DNA of 64,000 nucleotides from an uncultured Chloroflexia bacterium (GCA_963748625.1 CAVVJT010000010.1:768001-832000); one strand, 5' to 3'; shown: positions 10,117 through 21,577, counted from the stretch's first letter. Notes: generated by a model not told the origin, from the sequence alone. Program-made: numbers and translations.

Positions 10117-11735
10117 ATGGCTGCCGCGCCCTCCGACCTCGACACCGACCACGTGAACGACAGCGGACGGCCGGCCCTCGACGAGGTGCCGGCCGTCGAG
10201 CTGCGCGGGATCGTCAAGCGGTTCCCGGGCGTCGTCGCCAATGACGACGTCGACTTCCGCCTCAACCGGGGCGAGGTGCATGCGCTCCTCGGCGAGAACG
10301 GCGCCGGGAAGAGCACCCTCATGAACATCCTCGATGGGCTCTACCAGCCCGATGCCGGGGAGATCCTGATCGACGGCGTGCCCGTCGCCTTCCGCTCCCC
10401 GCGCGACGCGATCGCCGCGGGTCTGGGCATGGTCCACCAGCACTTCACGCTGGTCGAGTCGATGACCGTCACCGAGAACATCCTCATCGGTCTCGACAAG
10501 CCCCGGCTCCGGCTGGACCTGAAGCGCAAGGAGGCCGGAGATCGCCGCGCTGGCCGAGGCCAACGGCCTGCATGTCCAGCCGGGCGCCAAGATCTGGCAG
10601 CTGTCGGTGGGCGAGCGCCAGCGGGTGGAGATCCTCAAGGTCCTCTACCGCGGGGCCCGCGTCCTGATCATGGACGAGCCCACCGCGGTCCTGGCGCCCC
10701 AGGAGATCGACGACCTGTTCCGGACCATGCGCTCGATGACGGCCTGCCGGCCGCAGCATCGTGTTCATCAGCCACAAGCTGGGCGAGGTGCTCGCGATCG
10801 CCGACACCGTCACGGTCATGCGCCGCGGACGGTGACGGCCAAGGGCCTGCCCGCTGCCGGGATGACGAAGCCCCAGCTCGCGCAGCTGATGGTCGGACGC
10901 GAGGTGCTCGGCAGCCACGAGCGGACCTGGCTGCCGCCGGGTGAGGTGGTCCTCTCCCTGGAGAACGTGCGAGGCGGACGGCGACAAGGGCGTGCCCGCC
11001 CTGCGGGGCGTGTCACTGGAGGTCCGCTCGGGCGAGATCCTGGGTATCGCGGCGGTCGCCGGCAACGGCCAGAGCGAGCTGGCCGAGGTGATCTGCGGTC
11101 TTCGGCCCTGCCGGGGTCGGATCATGGTGAGCGGCGACGATCTCGCGAACCGGCCCGTCCGCAAGGTGATCCAGCACGGCGTGGCACATGTCCCGGAGGA
11201 CCGGACCGGCGTTGGCACGGCGCCCAACCTCTCGCTCGTGGACAACCTGATCATGAAGCGCTACCGGCAGAAGCCGATCGCGCACGGATGGTCGATCGAC
11301 ATGGGTGCGGCCCGCGCCACCGCCACGGACCTCAAGGCCAGCTACGAGATCAGCGCCCCGTCCATCGACACCGAGGCCCGCCTGCTCTCGGGCGGCAACA
11401 TCCAGCGCCTGATCCTGGCCCGCGAGATCGAGTCCGAGCCGCGGCTGATGATCGCGGTCCAACCGACGCGGGGCCTGGACGTCGGCGCGGTCGAGTCCGC
11501 GCACCGCCTCCTCATGGAGCGCCGCTCAGCGGGCGCCGCCATCCTGCTGATCTCCGAGGACCTCGACGAGGTGCTGGCCATGGCCGACCGGGTCGCCGTC
11601 ATGTTCGAGGGGCGGATCGTCGGCATCGAGGATGCCGCAGCTGCCGACATCGGCCGCATCGGCCTGCTGATGACCGGCGGAACACCCGATGACCGGCCCG
11701 CCGGTGACGACGCGGGCGCAGGAGGCGGGGCGTGA
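10117..11735 (+). CDS. CUT2-type ABC ATPase with two domains (nucleoside/sugar import); frameshifts
   Basis: [55 protein letters not shown]. Confidence 0.92.
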
Positions 11736-12940
11736 GCGCGAGTCCGGTCCGGCCGTCCCGCCGCGGGCTCCCCTGGACCCTGCGCCTGGAGCCACGGCTG
11801 GAGACACCGCCGCTGGCTGTCGCCTGCGCTCACGATCGGCGCGCTCGTCGTGGCGCTCCTGATCTCGGCCCTGATCCTGGCCATCGTCGGCGCCAACCCG
11901 GTCAAGGTCTACCTGCACATCGTCGAGCTCATCGCTCGGCAGCCCCGGCGCCATCAGCGACACGCTCGTCAAGGCAACGCCGCTCATCCTGACGGGCCTC
12001 GCCTGTGCGCTCGCGTTCCGCATGCGGCTGTGGAACATCGGCGCAGAGGGCCAGCTCCTCCTGGGCGCCTGGGCGGCGAGCACCGTGGTCCTCGTGCCGC
12101 TGCTGCCGGTCGGCACCCCGGCCGTGATCGTCCTCCCGGTGATGCTCGTGGCGGGCTTCCTGGGCGGCGCCTTCTGGGGCCTGATCCCGGGCTTCCTGCG
12201 CAGCCGGTTCGGGGTCAACGAGATCATCGCCACGCTGATGCTCAACAGCATCGCGTTCGCCTGGATCCAGTACTGGGTCTTCGGCCCGTGGACCGAGGGT
12301 GGCTTCCAGATGTCCGCCCAGTTCCCGCCCGAGGCCTGGCTGCCCCGCCTCTCCGACCTCGCCGAGGCCGCCCCGGTGTTCCGTGGCCTTACCGTCCATG
12401 CCGGGTTCCTGGTCGCCGTGGCCGCGGCCGTCGTCGTCTGGTTCATCGTCGAGCGCAGCGCGTGGGGCTACGAGATCCGGCTGATCGGCGACAACCCGCG
12501 GGCGGCCCGCTACGCCGGCGTCCGGATCGCGCGCAACATCCTGCTCGTGTTCGCGGTCTCGGGCGGCCTCGCGGGTATCGCCGGCATGACCGAGGTCGCA
12601 GGCGTCGTGCACCGCCTCCAGGACAACTTCTCGCCGGGCTACGGGTATACCGCGATCATCGTCGCGTACCTCGCCAAGTTCCATCCGCTGCGGGTGGTGC
12701 CGGTGGCGATCCTGTTCGGGGCGCTGCATCCTGGCCGGGCGCGAGATCCAGCCCTCGGGCGTCCCCGCGATGATCCAGGGGATCATCCTGTTCTGCCTGA
12801 TCGCGAGCGAGGTCTTCCTGCGCTACCGCGTCGGCATCGTGCGCCGCCTGCCCGTCGGCCGTGCCTCCAGCACCCCCACGGGCACCCCCGGCTCCCCGGC
12901 CGCTCCCAGCGCTCCCAGCGCCCCCGGCGGGGAGGGCTAG
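11732..12940 (+). CDS. ABC permease 1 (BPD_transp_2); frameshifts
   Basis: LWNIGAEGQ, VNEIIATLMLN, GDNPRAARYAG, GYGYTAIIVA. Confidence 0.88.
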
Positions 12941-12943
12941 CGC

Positions 12944-13913
12944 GTGGACCTGCAGCTGATCATGGCGGCCGGCATCGCGGTGGGCACGATCCTGCTGTTC
13001 GCCGCCCTGGGTGAGATCCTGGCCGAGCGGTCCGGCGTCCTCAACCTCGGCGTCGAGGGCATGATGCTGATCGGCGCGGTCGTCGGCTACGCGACCGCGG
13101 TGTCCACCGGCAACGCGTGGCTGGGCGTTGTCCTGGCGATGCTGGCCGGCGGTGCACTGAGCCTCCTGCACGCGCTCGTGACGATCACCTTCCGCGCCGA
13201 CCAGGTGGTGTCGGGCCTGGCGCTGACGTTCCTGGGCACGGGCCTCGCGCGCGTCCTCGGGCGAGGGCCTGAGCAACGCCGGCTCGATCGCGCTGCTGCC
13301 GCGCTTCTCGATCCCGGGCCTGTCCGCGATCCCGGTGCTGGGGCCGATCGCGTTCACCGAGCAGAGCATCCTGGTCTACGTTGGCTACCTGCTGGTGCCG
13401 GCGGTCTGGTACTGGATCAACCACACGCGCCCGGGGCTCAACCTGCGGGCGGTGGGCGAGGAGCCCGCGGCGGCCGACGCGCTGGGCGTGAACGTGTACG
13501 CGACGCGCTATCGCTACGTCTTCGTGGGCGGGCTGCTGGCAGGCCTCGCGGGGGCCACCATCACGCTGGCGATCCAGCCCGGCTGGTTCGGCGACCTCAC
13601 GGTCAACGAGCGCGGCTGGATCGCGATCGGCCTCGTGATCTTCGCCCAGTGGTCGCCGTTCCGGGCGGCGTTCGGGGCGTTCCTGTTCGGCTCCGTCGTG
13701 CAGCTCACCCTGTCGATGCAGCTGCCGCCCACGATCCTGGGTTTCGCGAACCCATTCTTCCAATACCACGCGAACACGTTCTTCCTGGAGATGCTCCCGT
13801 ACGCGCTGGTGCTGCTGGCACTCGTGCTGGGCTCGCGTGAGGCGATGCGCAAGCGTCTCGGTGCGCCGGCGGCACTGGGCATCCCGTACGTCCGGGGCGA
13901 GCGCGGGCGGTAG
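12944..13913 (+). CDS. ABC permease 2 (BPD_transp_2); frameshift near 13265
   Basis: ERSGVLNLGVEGMM, ADQVVSG, GEEPAAADALG, RGWIAIGLVIF, APAALGIPY. Confidence 0.9.
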
Positions 13914-14035
13914 GCGCCCGTCGACGCGACGGACGGCAGCACCGAGCGCCGGCCCGTCGGCGTGCGCGACCCGGTCCGCGACCGGTGGTGGCGCGACGCG
14001 ATCGGCCTGCGCTCCACGCGGCCGACGGGTTGCGC

Positions 14036-14473
14036 CTACTCCTCGGCAGGCTCGTCGGTCAGCAGCTCCATCTGGACGAAGCCCATCGCGAGCTCCAGCC
14101 GCCGTGGCGTCACCCGGCCTGCCGCGCCGTCGGCGTCGTCGCCGGTGCCCGGCACGTACTCCAGCACCACCCGCTCGTCGGCCTGGACGAGCGTGTAGAC
14201 GAGGAGCTGGTCAGGCCGCGTCTCGAACTCCAGGTGCTCGAAGGAGTCCACGTTGATCGTGATCGCGATCGGCGTGAAGTAGGTGGACATCTCGGGCTCG
14301 TCGGCCACGATCCGCTCCACCCAGCCACTGCCCGACGAGATGAGCTCGCGACCACGGTAGAAGCTGTACGCGACGGTCTGGTGCACGACCGGGCGCAGCA
14401 GATGCTGCATGTCGGTCGAACTGGTCACGAGACCCTGGTTGACGAAGAACTTGGCCGGCGGATCGGTCGCCAC
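14036..14473 (-). CDS. Hypothetical cytoplasmic protein (145 aa)
   Basis: Balanced, non-shadow composition; TACGAT -10-like element upstream. Confidence 0.75.
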   Translation of the reverse strand: MATDPPAKFFVNQGLVTSSTDMQHLLRPVVHQTVAYSFYRGRELISSGSGWVERIVADEPEMSTYFTPIAITINVDSFEHLEFETRPDQLLVYTLVQADERVVLEYVPGTGDDADGAAGRVTPRRLELAMGFVQMELLTDEPAEE

Positions 14474-14604
14474 GGAGTACGGCTGCCTCTGGATCGACGG
14501 GCGGGTGGGGGCGGGGTGCGATCGTAGCGGACCCTGGCCTTGACGCGTGCCCGGCTGACGCGGAGTATGGCGTCCGAGCAGCCACCATTCCGAGGAGGGC
14601 CGGC

Positions 14605-15045
14605 ATGCGCCGACAGGTCATCGTGGCCGTCACGGCCGTCGTGCTGCTCTGTGCCTGCTCGGCTCCGGTCGCCACACCGGCTGCCTCCATCGCGCCGAGC
14701 AACCCGGCGCCGACCCCTGGCGGTCCCCCACCCCAGGTGACGGGCTCGGTCACGGCGGGACCGGTCTGTCCGGTCGAGCAGAACCCGCCGGACCCGGCCT
14801 GCGCACCGCGACCGGTCGAGGGAGCCGTGATCGTCGCAACCGGCGGCGACGGCGCTGAGGTGGCCCGCGCCACGAGCGATGCCGATGGTGCCTACGTCAT
14901 GGACATCGGCCAGACCGGCACCATCCTGCTGACGGCCCAACCGGTCGAGGGGTTGATGGGCGTGCCCGAGCCGGTGACCGTCGAGCTGACCGAGCCGGGC
15001 CAGGTGGTCCGAGTCGACCTGGGGTACGACACCGGCATCCGCTGA
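14605..15045 (+). CDS. Lipoprotein with a carboxypeptidase-regulatory-like beta domain
   Basis: GAGGAGG RBS; lipobox-like LCAC; GPVCPVE..DPAC..RPV; SDADGAY. Confidence 0.78.
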   Translation: MRRQVIVAVTAVVLLCACSAPVATPAASIAPSNPAPTPGGPPPQVTGSVTAGPVCPVEQNPPDPACAPRPVEGAVIVATGGDGAEVARATSDADGAYVMDIGQTGTILLTAQPVEGLMGVPEPVTVELTEPGQVVRVDLGYDTGIR

Positions 15046-15122
15046 ACGGGCTCGACGGCCCTCCACGCGCCCGCGAACACCCAAGCATCTGCTGCGCGCG
15101 CCCGCCCGCGTAGACTTGGCCC

Positions 15123-15932
15123 ATGCTGCTCGCGATCGATATCGGCAACACCAACGTCACCCTCGGCCTCGTCGAGGACGGGGTCATCACCGGCACCCGC
15201 CGCCACGGCACACATGGCGCGTCCACCACTGATGAGCTTGAGCTCCTGCTCGACGGCCTCCTGGGCCTGGACGGGCGGAGCCTGGACGCCGTGGACGCGA
15301 TGGCTCTCGTCTCGGTCGTCCCCGGCCAGACCGCCATGTTCGAGCAGGTCGCAGACCGACGCGGCATCCCCATCGTCGTCGCGGGCGCGGGCACGGTGCC
15401 GATCGCCATCCGCATCGACCGCCCCGGCGAGGCCGGCCCCGACCGCCTGGTCAACGCCCTCGCGGCCAAGCGCCTCTACGGCGCGCCGGCCGTCGTCGTG
15501 GACATGGGCACGGCGACCACGTTCGACTGCGTCGGCCCCGATGGCGCGTTCCTCGGCGGCGCGATCGCCCCGGGCCTCAAGCTGGGTCTCGAGGCGCTCG
15601 CCGGGAACACGGCCCGGCTGCCCCGGATCGAGCTGCGCACTCCAGACCGCGCGATCGGCCGCGACACCGTCAGCGCCATGCAGAGCGGCACCGTCTTCGG
15701 CTACCAGGGCCTGGTCAATGGACTCCTCCAGCGGATCCGCCGCGAGCTCGCCGAGATGACGGGCGCGGCACCGGACACCGTCCACGGCATCCTCACCGGC
15801 GGCCTCGCCAACGAGCCATGGGCGCGCGACATCGAGGGCGTGTCCGTCATCGACCCGGACCTCACGCTCAAGGGCCTCGCCATCCTCTACGCCGAGGTTG
15901 CAGGCGGGCAGCCGCTGGCGGGAACACGATGA
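15123..15932 (+). CDS. coaX: Type III pantothenate kinase
   Basis: IDIGNTN, SVVP, GPDR, DMGTATTFD, GGAIAPG, TGG. Confidence 0.96.
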   Translation: MLLAIDIGNTNVTLGLVEDGVITGTRRHGTHGASTTDELELLLDGLLGLDGRSLDAVDAMALVSVVPGQTAMFEQVADRRGIPIVVAGAGTVPIAIRIDRPGEAGPDRLVNALAAKRLYGAPAVVVDMGTATTFDCVGPDGAFLGGAIAPGLKLGLEALAGNTARLPRIELRTPDRAIGRDTVSAMQSGTVFGYQGLVNGLLQRIRRELAEMTGAAPDTVHGILTGGLANEPWARDIEGVSVIDPDLTLKGLAILYAEVAGGQPLAGTR

Positions 15933-17278
15933 GCGGCCCGGACAGCACACCCGGGAGCGGCCGCCTCCAGGGCCGCCTCATCGGCCTCGGCGTGTGCGGC
16001 TCCATCGCCGCCTACAAGGCCGTCGAGCTGCTGCGCCTCCTGCGCATGGAAGGCGCCGACGTCGTTGCGATGCTCACGCCGGCCGCCGCCACTTTCGTCG
16101 GACCCCTCACGTTCGGCGCCCTGTCCCGCCATCCCGTCGAGACGGACGTCCTGGGCCTCCTGCCGGACCAGCGCATCGGCCACATCGTCGTCGCCGACGC
16201 CGCCGACGCGATCGTCATCGCCCCGGCCACCGCCCGCTGGCTGGGCGCGATGGCCAACGGCATCGCCAACGACGTGGTCACCGCCACCTGTCTCGCCTCA
16301 TCCGCCCCGATCGTCTTCTGTCCGGCCATGGACGGCGACATGTGGACCCACCGCGCCACCCAGGACAACGCCACCCGCCTCCAGCGCGACTTCGGCTACC
16401 GCATGGTCCCGCCCGAGCTCGGGTCGCTCGCCAGCGGCCAGGAGGGTATCGGCCGACTCGCGGACCTGGGCGTGATCGTGGACGCCATCGTCGAGGCCAT
16501 CGGCGACAGCCCCGTCCGCCAGCCCGACGCCGCCGCCCGGCCACCCCTCGCTGCCCCGCACGTGGAGCAGGACCTCGCGGGTCGCCAGATCGTCGTGAGT
16601 GCCGGCGGCACCGCGGAGGCCATCGATCCAGTCCGCTTCATCGGCAACCGCAGCACCGGCAGGATGGGCGCCGCCATCGCCGAGGCCGCCATCGCCCGGG
16701 GCGCCCGCGTCACCATTGTGGCCGGCCGCACGGAGGTCCCGCTGCCGGCCGCCGCCCGCATCATCCCGGCCGAGTCGACCGCGGCCATGCGCGACGCGGT
16801 CTTCGCCACAGTCATCGAGTCACCTGCCGACGTCCTCGTCATGGCCGCCGCCGTCGCGGACTTCCGGCCGCGCCAGGCCGCCGGCACCAAGCTCACCCGC
16901 GACGCCGGCATGACCCTGGAGTTGGAGCCCACCGAGGACATCCTGGCCGAGGTCGGAGTCCGCGCCCGGGAACTTGATCCGCGCCCCGTCATCGTCGGCT
17001 TCGCCGCGGAGACCGGCTCCCTGGACCGCGCACCGGACAAGCTCCGCCGGAAGGGCGCCGACCTCCTCGTCGCCAACGACGTCGCCGAGGCAGGCTCGGG
17101 GTTCGGCACCGACACCAATCGCGTCGTGATCCTTGGCGCGGATGGGTCGCGCGACGACCTGCCGCTCATGAGCAAGCGAGCGGTGGCCGACCACCTGCTC
17201 GACCGGGTGGTCGCACTGTTGGACGTACGCGACGGCCGGGCGCACACTGGCGGTCCCATGCACGAGAACGATCGATGA
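15929..17278 (+). CDS. coaBC: Bifunctional phosphopantothenoylcysteine decarboxylase/synthetase
   Basis: GSIAAYK, IAPATA, PAM, AGGTAEAIDPVRFIGNRSTGRMG, AAVADF, GFAAET, VANDV. Confidence 0.96.
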   Translation: MSGPDSTPGSGRLQGRLIGLGVCGSIAAYKAVELLRLLRMEGADVVAMLTPAAATFVGPLTFGALSRHPVETDVLGLLPDQRIGHIVVADAADAIVIAPATARWLGAMANGIANDVVTATCLASSAPIVFCPAMDGDMWTHRATQDNATRLQRDFGYRMVPPELGSLASGQEGIGRLADLGVIVDAIVEAIGDSPVRQPDAAARPPLAAPHVEQDLAGRQIVVSAGGTAEAIDPVRFIGNRSTGRMGAAIAEAAIARGARVTIVAGRTEVPLPAAARIIPAESTAAMRDAVFATVIESPADVLVMAAAVADFRPRQAAGTKLTRDAGMTLELEPTEDILAEVGVRARELDPRPVIVGFAAETGSLDRAPDKLRRKGADLLVANDVAEAGSGFGTDTNRVVILGADGSRDDLPLMSKRAVADHLLDRVVALLDVRDGRAHTGGPMHENDR

Positions 17279-18192
17279 GCGCCCAGAACGAGACCGTCCG
17301 CCGCCTGTCCGTGGTGGACATCGCCAGGCTCTACGGCGACGGCGCCCGGATCGCGACGATCACGGCCTACGACTACCCGACCGCCATGCTGGTGGACGAG
17401 GCCGGCATCCCGCTCATCCTGGTCGGCGACTCGCTGGGCCAGGTGATGTTGGGCTACGACACCACCGTCCGCGTCTCGATGGACGAGATGCTCCACCACA
17501 CGAAGGCGGTGGTGCGCGGATCGAAGCGTGCGCTGGTCGTCGCGGACATGCCCTTCCTGACCTACACGAACCCGGACGAGGCGATCCACAACGCAGGCCG
17601 CTTCCTGCGCGACGCGGGCGCCCAGGCGGTCAAGGTCGAGGGCGGCGTGCGCTCCGCCAGGACGATCGAGGCGCTGGTCAAGGCCGGCATCCCCGTGATG
17701 GGGCACATCGGCCTGACGCCCCAGGCGATCAATGCGATCGGCCGGGTCCGGGTGCAGGGCAAGAACCGCGAGCAGGCACGCTCGCTGCTCGGCGATGCGC
17801 TGGCGGTCCAGGAGGCTGGTGCGTTCTCCGTCGTGCTGGAGCTGGTGCCCGGGCAGCTCGCCCAGGCGATCACGGACCGCCTGCACATCCCGACGATCGG
17901 GATCGGGGCGGGCGCCGGATGCTCCGGGCAGATCCAGGTCATCACCGACATCCTCGGTTTGACGGACTGGACGCCGAAGCACGCCCGCAAGTACGCGGAC
18001 CTGCGCGGGACGATCCTCGGGGCACTGGGCGGCTACAAGGCCGACGTCGAGACGGGCGCCTTCCCGGGCGCGGCCGAGACCGTGCTGATGGAGGCCACCG
18101 TGCTCGACGAGGTGCTGGGCCGGACCCCCGAGGACCAGGCGGGCGACTTCATCGCAGGCCTCGGCGGCATCCCGCTCGACCGCGACCTCTAG
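17275..18192 (+). CDS. panB: 3-methyl-2-oxobutanoate hydroxymethyltransferase
   Basis: TAYDY, LVGDSLG, ADMPF, VKVEGG, GHIGLTPQ, TIGIGAG. Confidence 0.97.
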   Translation: MSAQNETVRRLSVVDIARLYGDGARIATITAYDYPTAMLVDEAGIPLILVGDSLGQVMLGYDTTVRVSMDEMLHHTKAVVRGSKRALVVADMPFLTYTNPDEAIHNAGRFLRDAGAQAVKVEGGVRSARTIEALVKAGIPVMGHIGLTPQAINAIGRVRVQGKNREQARSLLGDALAVQEAGAFSVVLELVPGQLAQAITDRLHIPTIGIGAGAGCSGQIQVITDILGLTDWTPKHARKYADLRGTILGALGGYKADVETGAFPGAAETVLMEATVLDEVLGRTPEDQAGDFIAGLGGIPLDRDL

Positions 18193-18229
18193 GCCGGACC
18201 GCCCGCGAGGCCTGGGACCGACGCCGCCG

Positions 18230-19063
18230 ATGCTCGTCGTCCGCACCCGCGCCGCCCTGCGCGCTGCGCTCGCCGCCGCGCCCCGTCCGGTCGGCCTCGT
18301 CCCCACGATGGGCTGGCTGCACGCGGGCCACGTCTCGCTGGTTGCACAGGCCCGGACCGAGAACGCCACGGTCGTGATGTCGATCTTCGTGAACCCCAAG
18401 CAGTTCGGAGAGTCGACGGACTTCGAGAAGTACCCGCGCAACGAGGCGCGGGACTTCGCCAAGGCCGAGGCCGCGGGGGTGGACATCATGTTCGCCCCCA
18501 CGGTCGGCGAGGTGTACCCGCCGGGCTTCGACACCCTCGTCTCCGTCGGCGCGATCGCCCACCCGCTCGAGGGCAGCGCCCGGCCCGGCCACTTCGACGG
18601 GGTCGCCACCGTGGTCGCGCTCCTGTTCGGCCTGGTGGGGGCGGATAAGGCCTACTTCGGCCTCAAGGACTACCAGCAGGTCCAGGTGATCCGGCGCATG
18701 ACACTCGACCTTGCCCTGGCCACCGAGGTGGTCCCCTGCCCTACCGTCCGCGAGCCCGACGGGCTGGCGATGTCCTCGCGCAACGCCCGCCTGTCACCGG
18801 CCGGGCGGGTGGTCGCACCCGTCATCCACCAGGCGCTGGTGGCAGGCGCCGATCATGTCCGACGCGGGGTGCGCGAGGCGGCCTCGGTCCGGGGCGCCAT
18901 CCTTGCCGTGCTGGCGACGGAGCCGTCCGTGGTGGTCGACTACGTCTCGGTGGCAGACCCGGACACCCTCAGGGAGCTGGTCGAGGTGGATGGCCGCGCG
19001 CTGCTCTCGCTGGCCGTCCGCGTGGACGACGTCCGCCTGATCGACAACGAGCTGGTCGCCTAG
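18230..19063 (+). CDS. panC: Pantoate--beta-alanine ligase
   Basis: PTMGWLHAGH, SIFVNPKQF, RPGHFDGV, KDYQQ, DGLAMSSRN, RLIDN. Confidence 0.97.
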   Translation: MLVVRTRAALRAALAAAPRPVGLVPTMGWLHAGHVSLVAQARTENATVVMSIFVNPKQFGESTDFEKYPRNEARDFAKAEAAGVDIMFAPTVGEVYPPGFDTLVSVGAIAHPLEGSARPGHFDGVATVVALLFGLVGADKAYFGLKDYQQVQVIRRMTLDLALATEVVPCPTVREPDGLAMSSRNARLSPAGRVVAPVIHQALVAGADHVRRGVREAASVRGAILAVLATEPSVVVDYVSVADPDTLRELVEVDGRALLSLAVRVDDVRLIDNELVA

Positions 19064-20340
19064 GCGTCGGCGGGCCCGCCCGCCTCGCGTCCGCGGGCGA
19101 CCGCGTCGGGCTGCTCCCTGCGGGCGACCGCGATCCAGACGATGGCGGCGCCCGCTGCACAGCCCACCGCGCTGACGGGGTACACCGCGCCGATGCCCGC
19201 CTGCTGCGCCACAAGCCCTGCCAGCACGGCCCCCGCGATGTAGCCGATGGACGACACGGTGCCGCCGAAGAGCGCCTGCGCCGTCCCCTGGAGCCTGGCG
19301 GGAAACCGTGCAGCCACGTACGTCGTGGTGCCGACGAGCAGGAACGTGAATCCGATGCCGCTGATCCCGGCCACGACCACGAACGCGGCCGGGTCCAGCG
19401 CGACGCCCCAGAGGGCGGAGCGCACGGCGTACGCCACGATGCCCGCCACGATCAGCCGCTCCACGCGGACCCGCCGGGCCAGCAGGGGGAAGAGCAGCAT
19501 CATCGGGATCTCCAGGGCAGCGTTCACCGCCCAGCCGACACCCACCAGTGCCGTCCCGCCGCCCAGCTCCACGATGCGCAGCGAGAGCAGCGTGAGGACC
19601 ATCCCGTTCGCGGTCCAGGCCACCGCCGTCCCGACGAAGAACAGGGCCATCCCGGGGGCCCGCAGGAGGCCCAGGGCCGCCCCGGGACCCACGCCGCCCA
19701 CGTGGATGCCCCGTTCCGGGCGGCCCAGCAGCGCGTACGCCGCCACGGCCGACGCGACCAGCGCCGCCGAGTAGACGAGGAAGACCGCGCGCAGGCCCAT
19801 GCCGGCCACCAGGGCGCCCACGGCGATCCCGGTCACCATGAACGAGACCGAGCCCCAGACGCGGGCCTGGCCGAACCGCTCGCGGTGGCTTCCCAGCCGC
19901 TGCACGGTGCGCGCATCGACCAGCGGCGTCAGCCCGGATGTGCCAATCGCCACGGCTACGACGATGAGGGCCAGCCAGGGCATCGACGGGCCGAGCACGA
20001 GCAGCAGGGCCGCCAGCGCCGCCCACAGCGCGCCCGCAAGGTACGGCGGCCGCATGTCGCCCATGCGGTCCGCGAGCATGCCCCAGGCCGGCGCCGCCAC
20101 GATGGCAACGAGGGCCGGAACCGCGGCCAGCACCCCGATCGCCGAGAGGTCCACGCCCTGTTCCGCGAAGTAGACGGTCGCGAACGCCACCCATACGGCC
20201 ACCGCGGCGAACTGGAAGGCATAGACGATCGCCGGGGGAACGATCGACCGCTGCCGGTCGTCGCGACGGGCGGACCTCGATGGTTCGGCGACGGGATCGG
20301 CGACGGCGGCGGGGCCGTCGGCGGGGTCGATCGCGCTCAG
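19060..20340 (-). CDS. MFS transporter (MFS_1_like); start approximate
   Basis: 12 hydrophobic segments; WGMLADR, RVWGSVSF, LEIPMM; abuts the DRTGG gene stop. Confidence 0.85.
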   Translation of the reverse strand: MSAIDPADGPAAVADPVAEPSRSARRDDRQRSIVPPAIVYAFQFAAVAVWVAFATVYFAEQGVDLSAIGVLAAVPALVAIVAAPAWGMLADRMGDMRPPYLAGALWAALAALLLVLGPSMPWLALIVVAVAIGTSGLTPLVDARTVQRLGSHRERFGQARVWGSVSFMVTGIAVGALVAGMGLRAVFLVYSAALVASAVAAYALLGRPERGIHVGGVGPGAALGLLRAPGMALFFVGTAVAWTANGMVLTLLSLRIVELGGGTALVGVGWAVNAALEIPMMLLFPLLARRVRVERLIVAGIVAYAVRSALWGVALDPAAFVVVAGISGIGFTFLLVGTTTYVAARFPARLQGTAQALFGGTVSSIGYIAGAVLAGLVAQQAGIGAVYPVSAVGCAAGAAIVWIAVARREQPDAVARGREAGGPADA

Positions 20341-21512
20341 GCGAACGTCGCTTCCGCGGCCACTTCGAGGAACCGGTCCATCTGCAGGTGCTCCCACACG
20401 AGCGCCTTGATGAGCTCGATCTTGCCCTTGTCGGCGGCGTGGGTCTTGACCAGCAGGTCGTGAACCTCCGACGCCACCGTGTAGGTGTCGTCCGGGAGGG
20501 CGGCGCAGAACATGCCCGCCTGGTTGACGAGCTCGAGGACCTCGGGGCGGGGCTGGTAGCCACCGGTGAGCAGGATGCCCAACGCCTTCGCCTCGGGGCC
20601 GGCGTCGATGGCGCCCGGGGTCTCCTCCACCAGCGCGTCGATCTGCTCCACCGTTGCGGGCAGGCTGTGGAAGCGGTCCGCGACGTGCGCCGACGCGAGG
20701 GTCAGGATCACGTCTTCGCGATCACCGGGCACGATGACCAGCGTGCTCGGGGTGACGCGCTCGAGCATGTGCGCGGGCTCCATCGCCCCGATCGCGATCC
20801 CGTCGATCACGCGGTCGAGGTCGCCGCCGGGGTGGATCACGCGCGCGCCGGTGCCCTCGAGGATCATCTCGAGCGTCGGGTGCGACAGCATCGGGCGGTA
20901 GGGCAGGATGCCCAGCAGCGGGATCCCGTGGAGCGCCAGGCCGCGCTCGAGGGTCTTCGCGATGCCCGGCTGCCCGTCGATCCGGACCTTGTTGACGATC
21001 GCGCCGGCCACCGGCACGCCGTGGGCCTCGAAGTGCGAGGCATTGAGCACGATCTCGTCGATGGGCCGGCCCACGCCGCCCTCGCTGATGATGACCGCCG
21101 GTGCCCCGAGCAGGGCCGCGACCCGTGCGTTGGACAGGCCGACGACCGCGCCCACGCCCGCGTGCCCCGTGCCCTCGATGAGGAGGATGTCGTGACCGGC
21201 GAACGCCTGATGGGCGGCCACGATCCGCGCCCCCAGGTCCTCGACGACCTCGCCCGCGATGTAGCGCTTGGTGAACCCGCGCGGGATATGCACCGGGCTC
21301 ATGACAGAGATCGGCTCGGGCAGGTCGAAGACGGACCGCATCAGGAAGGAATCGTCGTCGATGGGTTCGCCGTCGATGTCGATGGTGCGCTGGCCGACCG
21401 GCTTGGTGAAGCCGGTGCGGTAGCCGCGACGCCGGAAGCCGTCGAGCAGGCCCAGGCTGGCTGTCGTCTTGCCGCGGTTCTGGCCGGTGGCGGCGAGGTA
21501 CAGCTGGCGCAC
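20337..21512 (-). CDS. AAA_26/BioD-like + DRTGG domain protein (stand-alone phosphotransacetylase N-terminal homolog)
   Basis: P-loop TGQNRGKT, KPVG, IEGTGH, IVPGDRED, LLTGG. Confidence 0.88.
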   Translation of the reverse strand: MRQLYLAATGQNRGKTTASLGLLDGFRRRGYRTGFTKPVGQRTIDIDGEPIDDDSFLMRSVFDLPEPISVMSPVHIPRGFTKRYIAGEVVEDLGARIVAAHQAFAGHDILLIEGTGHAGVGAVVGLSNARVAALLGAPAVIISEGGVGRPIDEIVLNASHFEAHGVPVAGAIVNKVRIDGQPGIAKTLERGLALHGIPLLGILPYRPMLSHPTLEMILEGTGARVIHPGGDLDRVIDGIAIGAMEPAHMLERVTPSTLVIVPGDREDVILTLASAHVADRFHSLPATVEQIDALVEETPGAIDAGPEAKALGILLTGGYQPRPEVLELVNQAGMFCAALPDDTYTVASEVHDLLVKTHAADKGKIELIKALVWEHLQMDRFLEVAAEATFA

Positions 21513-21577
21513 GTCGGTTCCCTCGGTGGGCTGGGCGGCTGGGCGGGTTGGCGGGTCGGGCGGCTGGGCGGGTTGCG

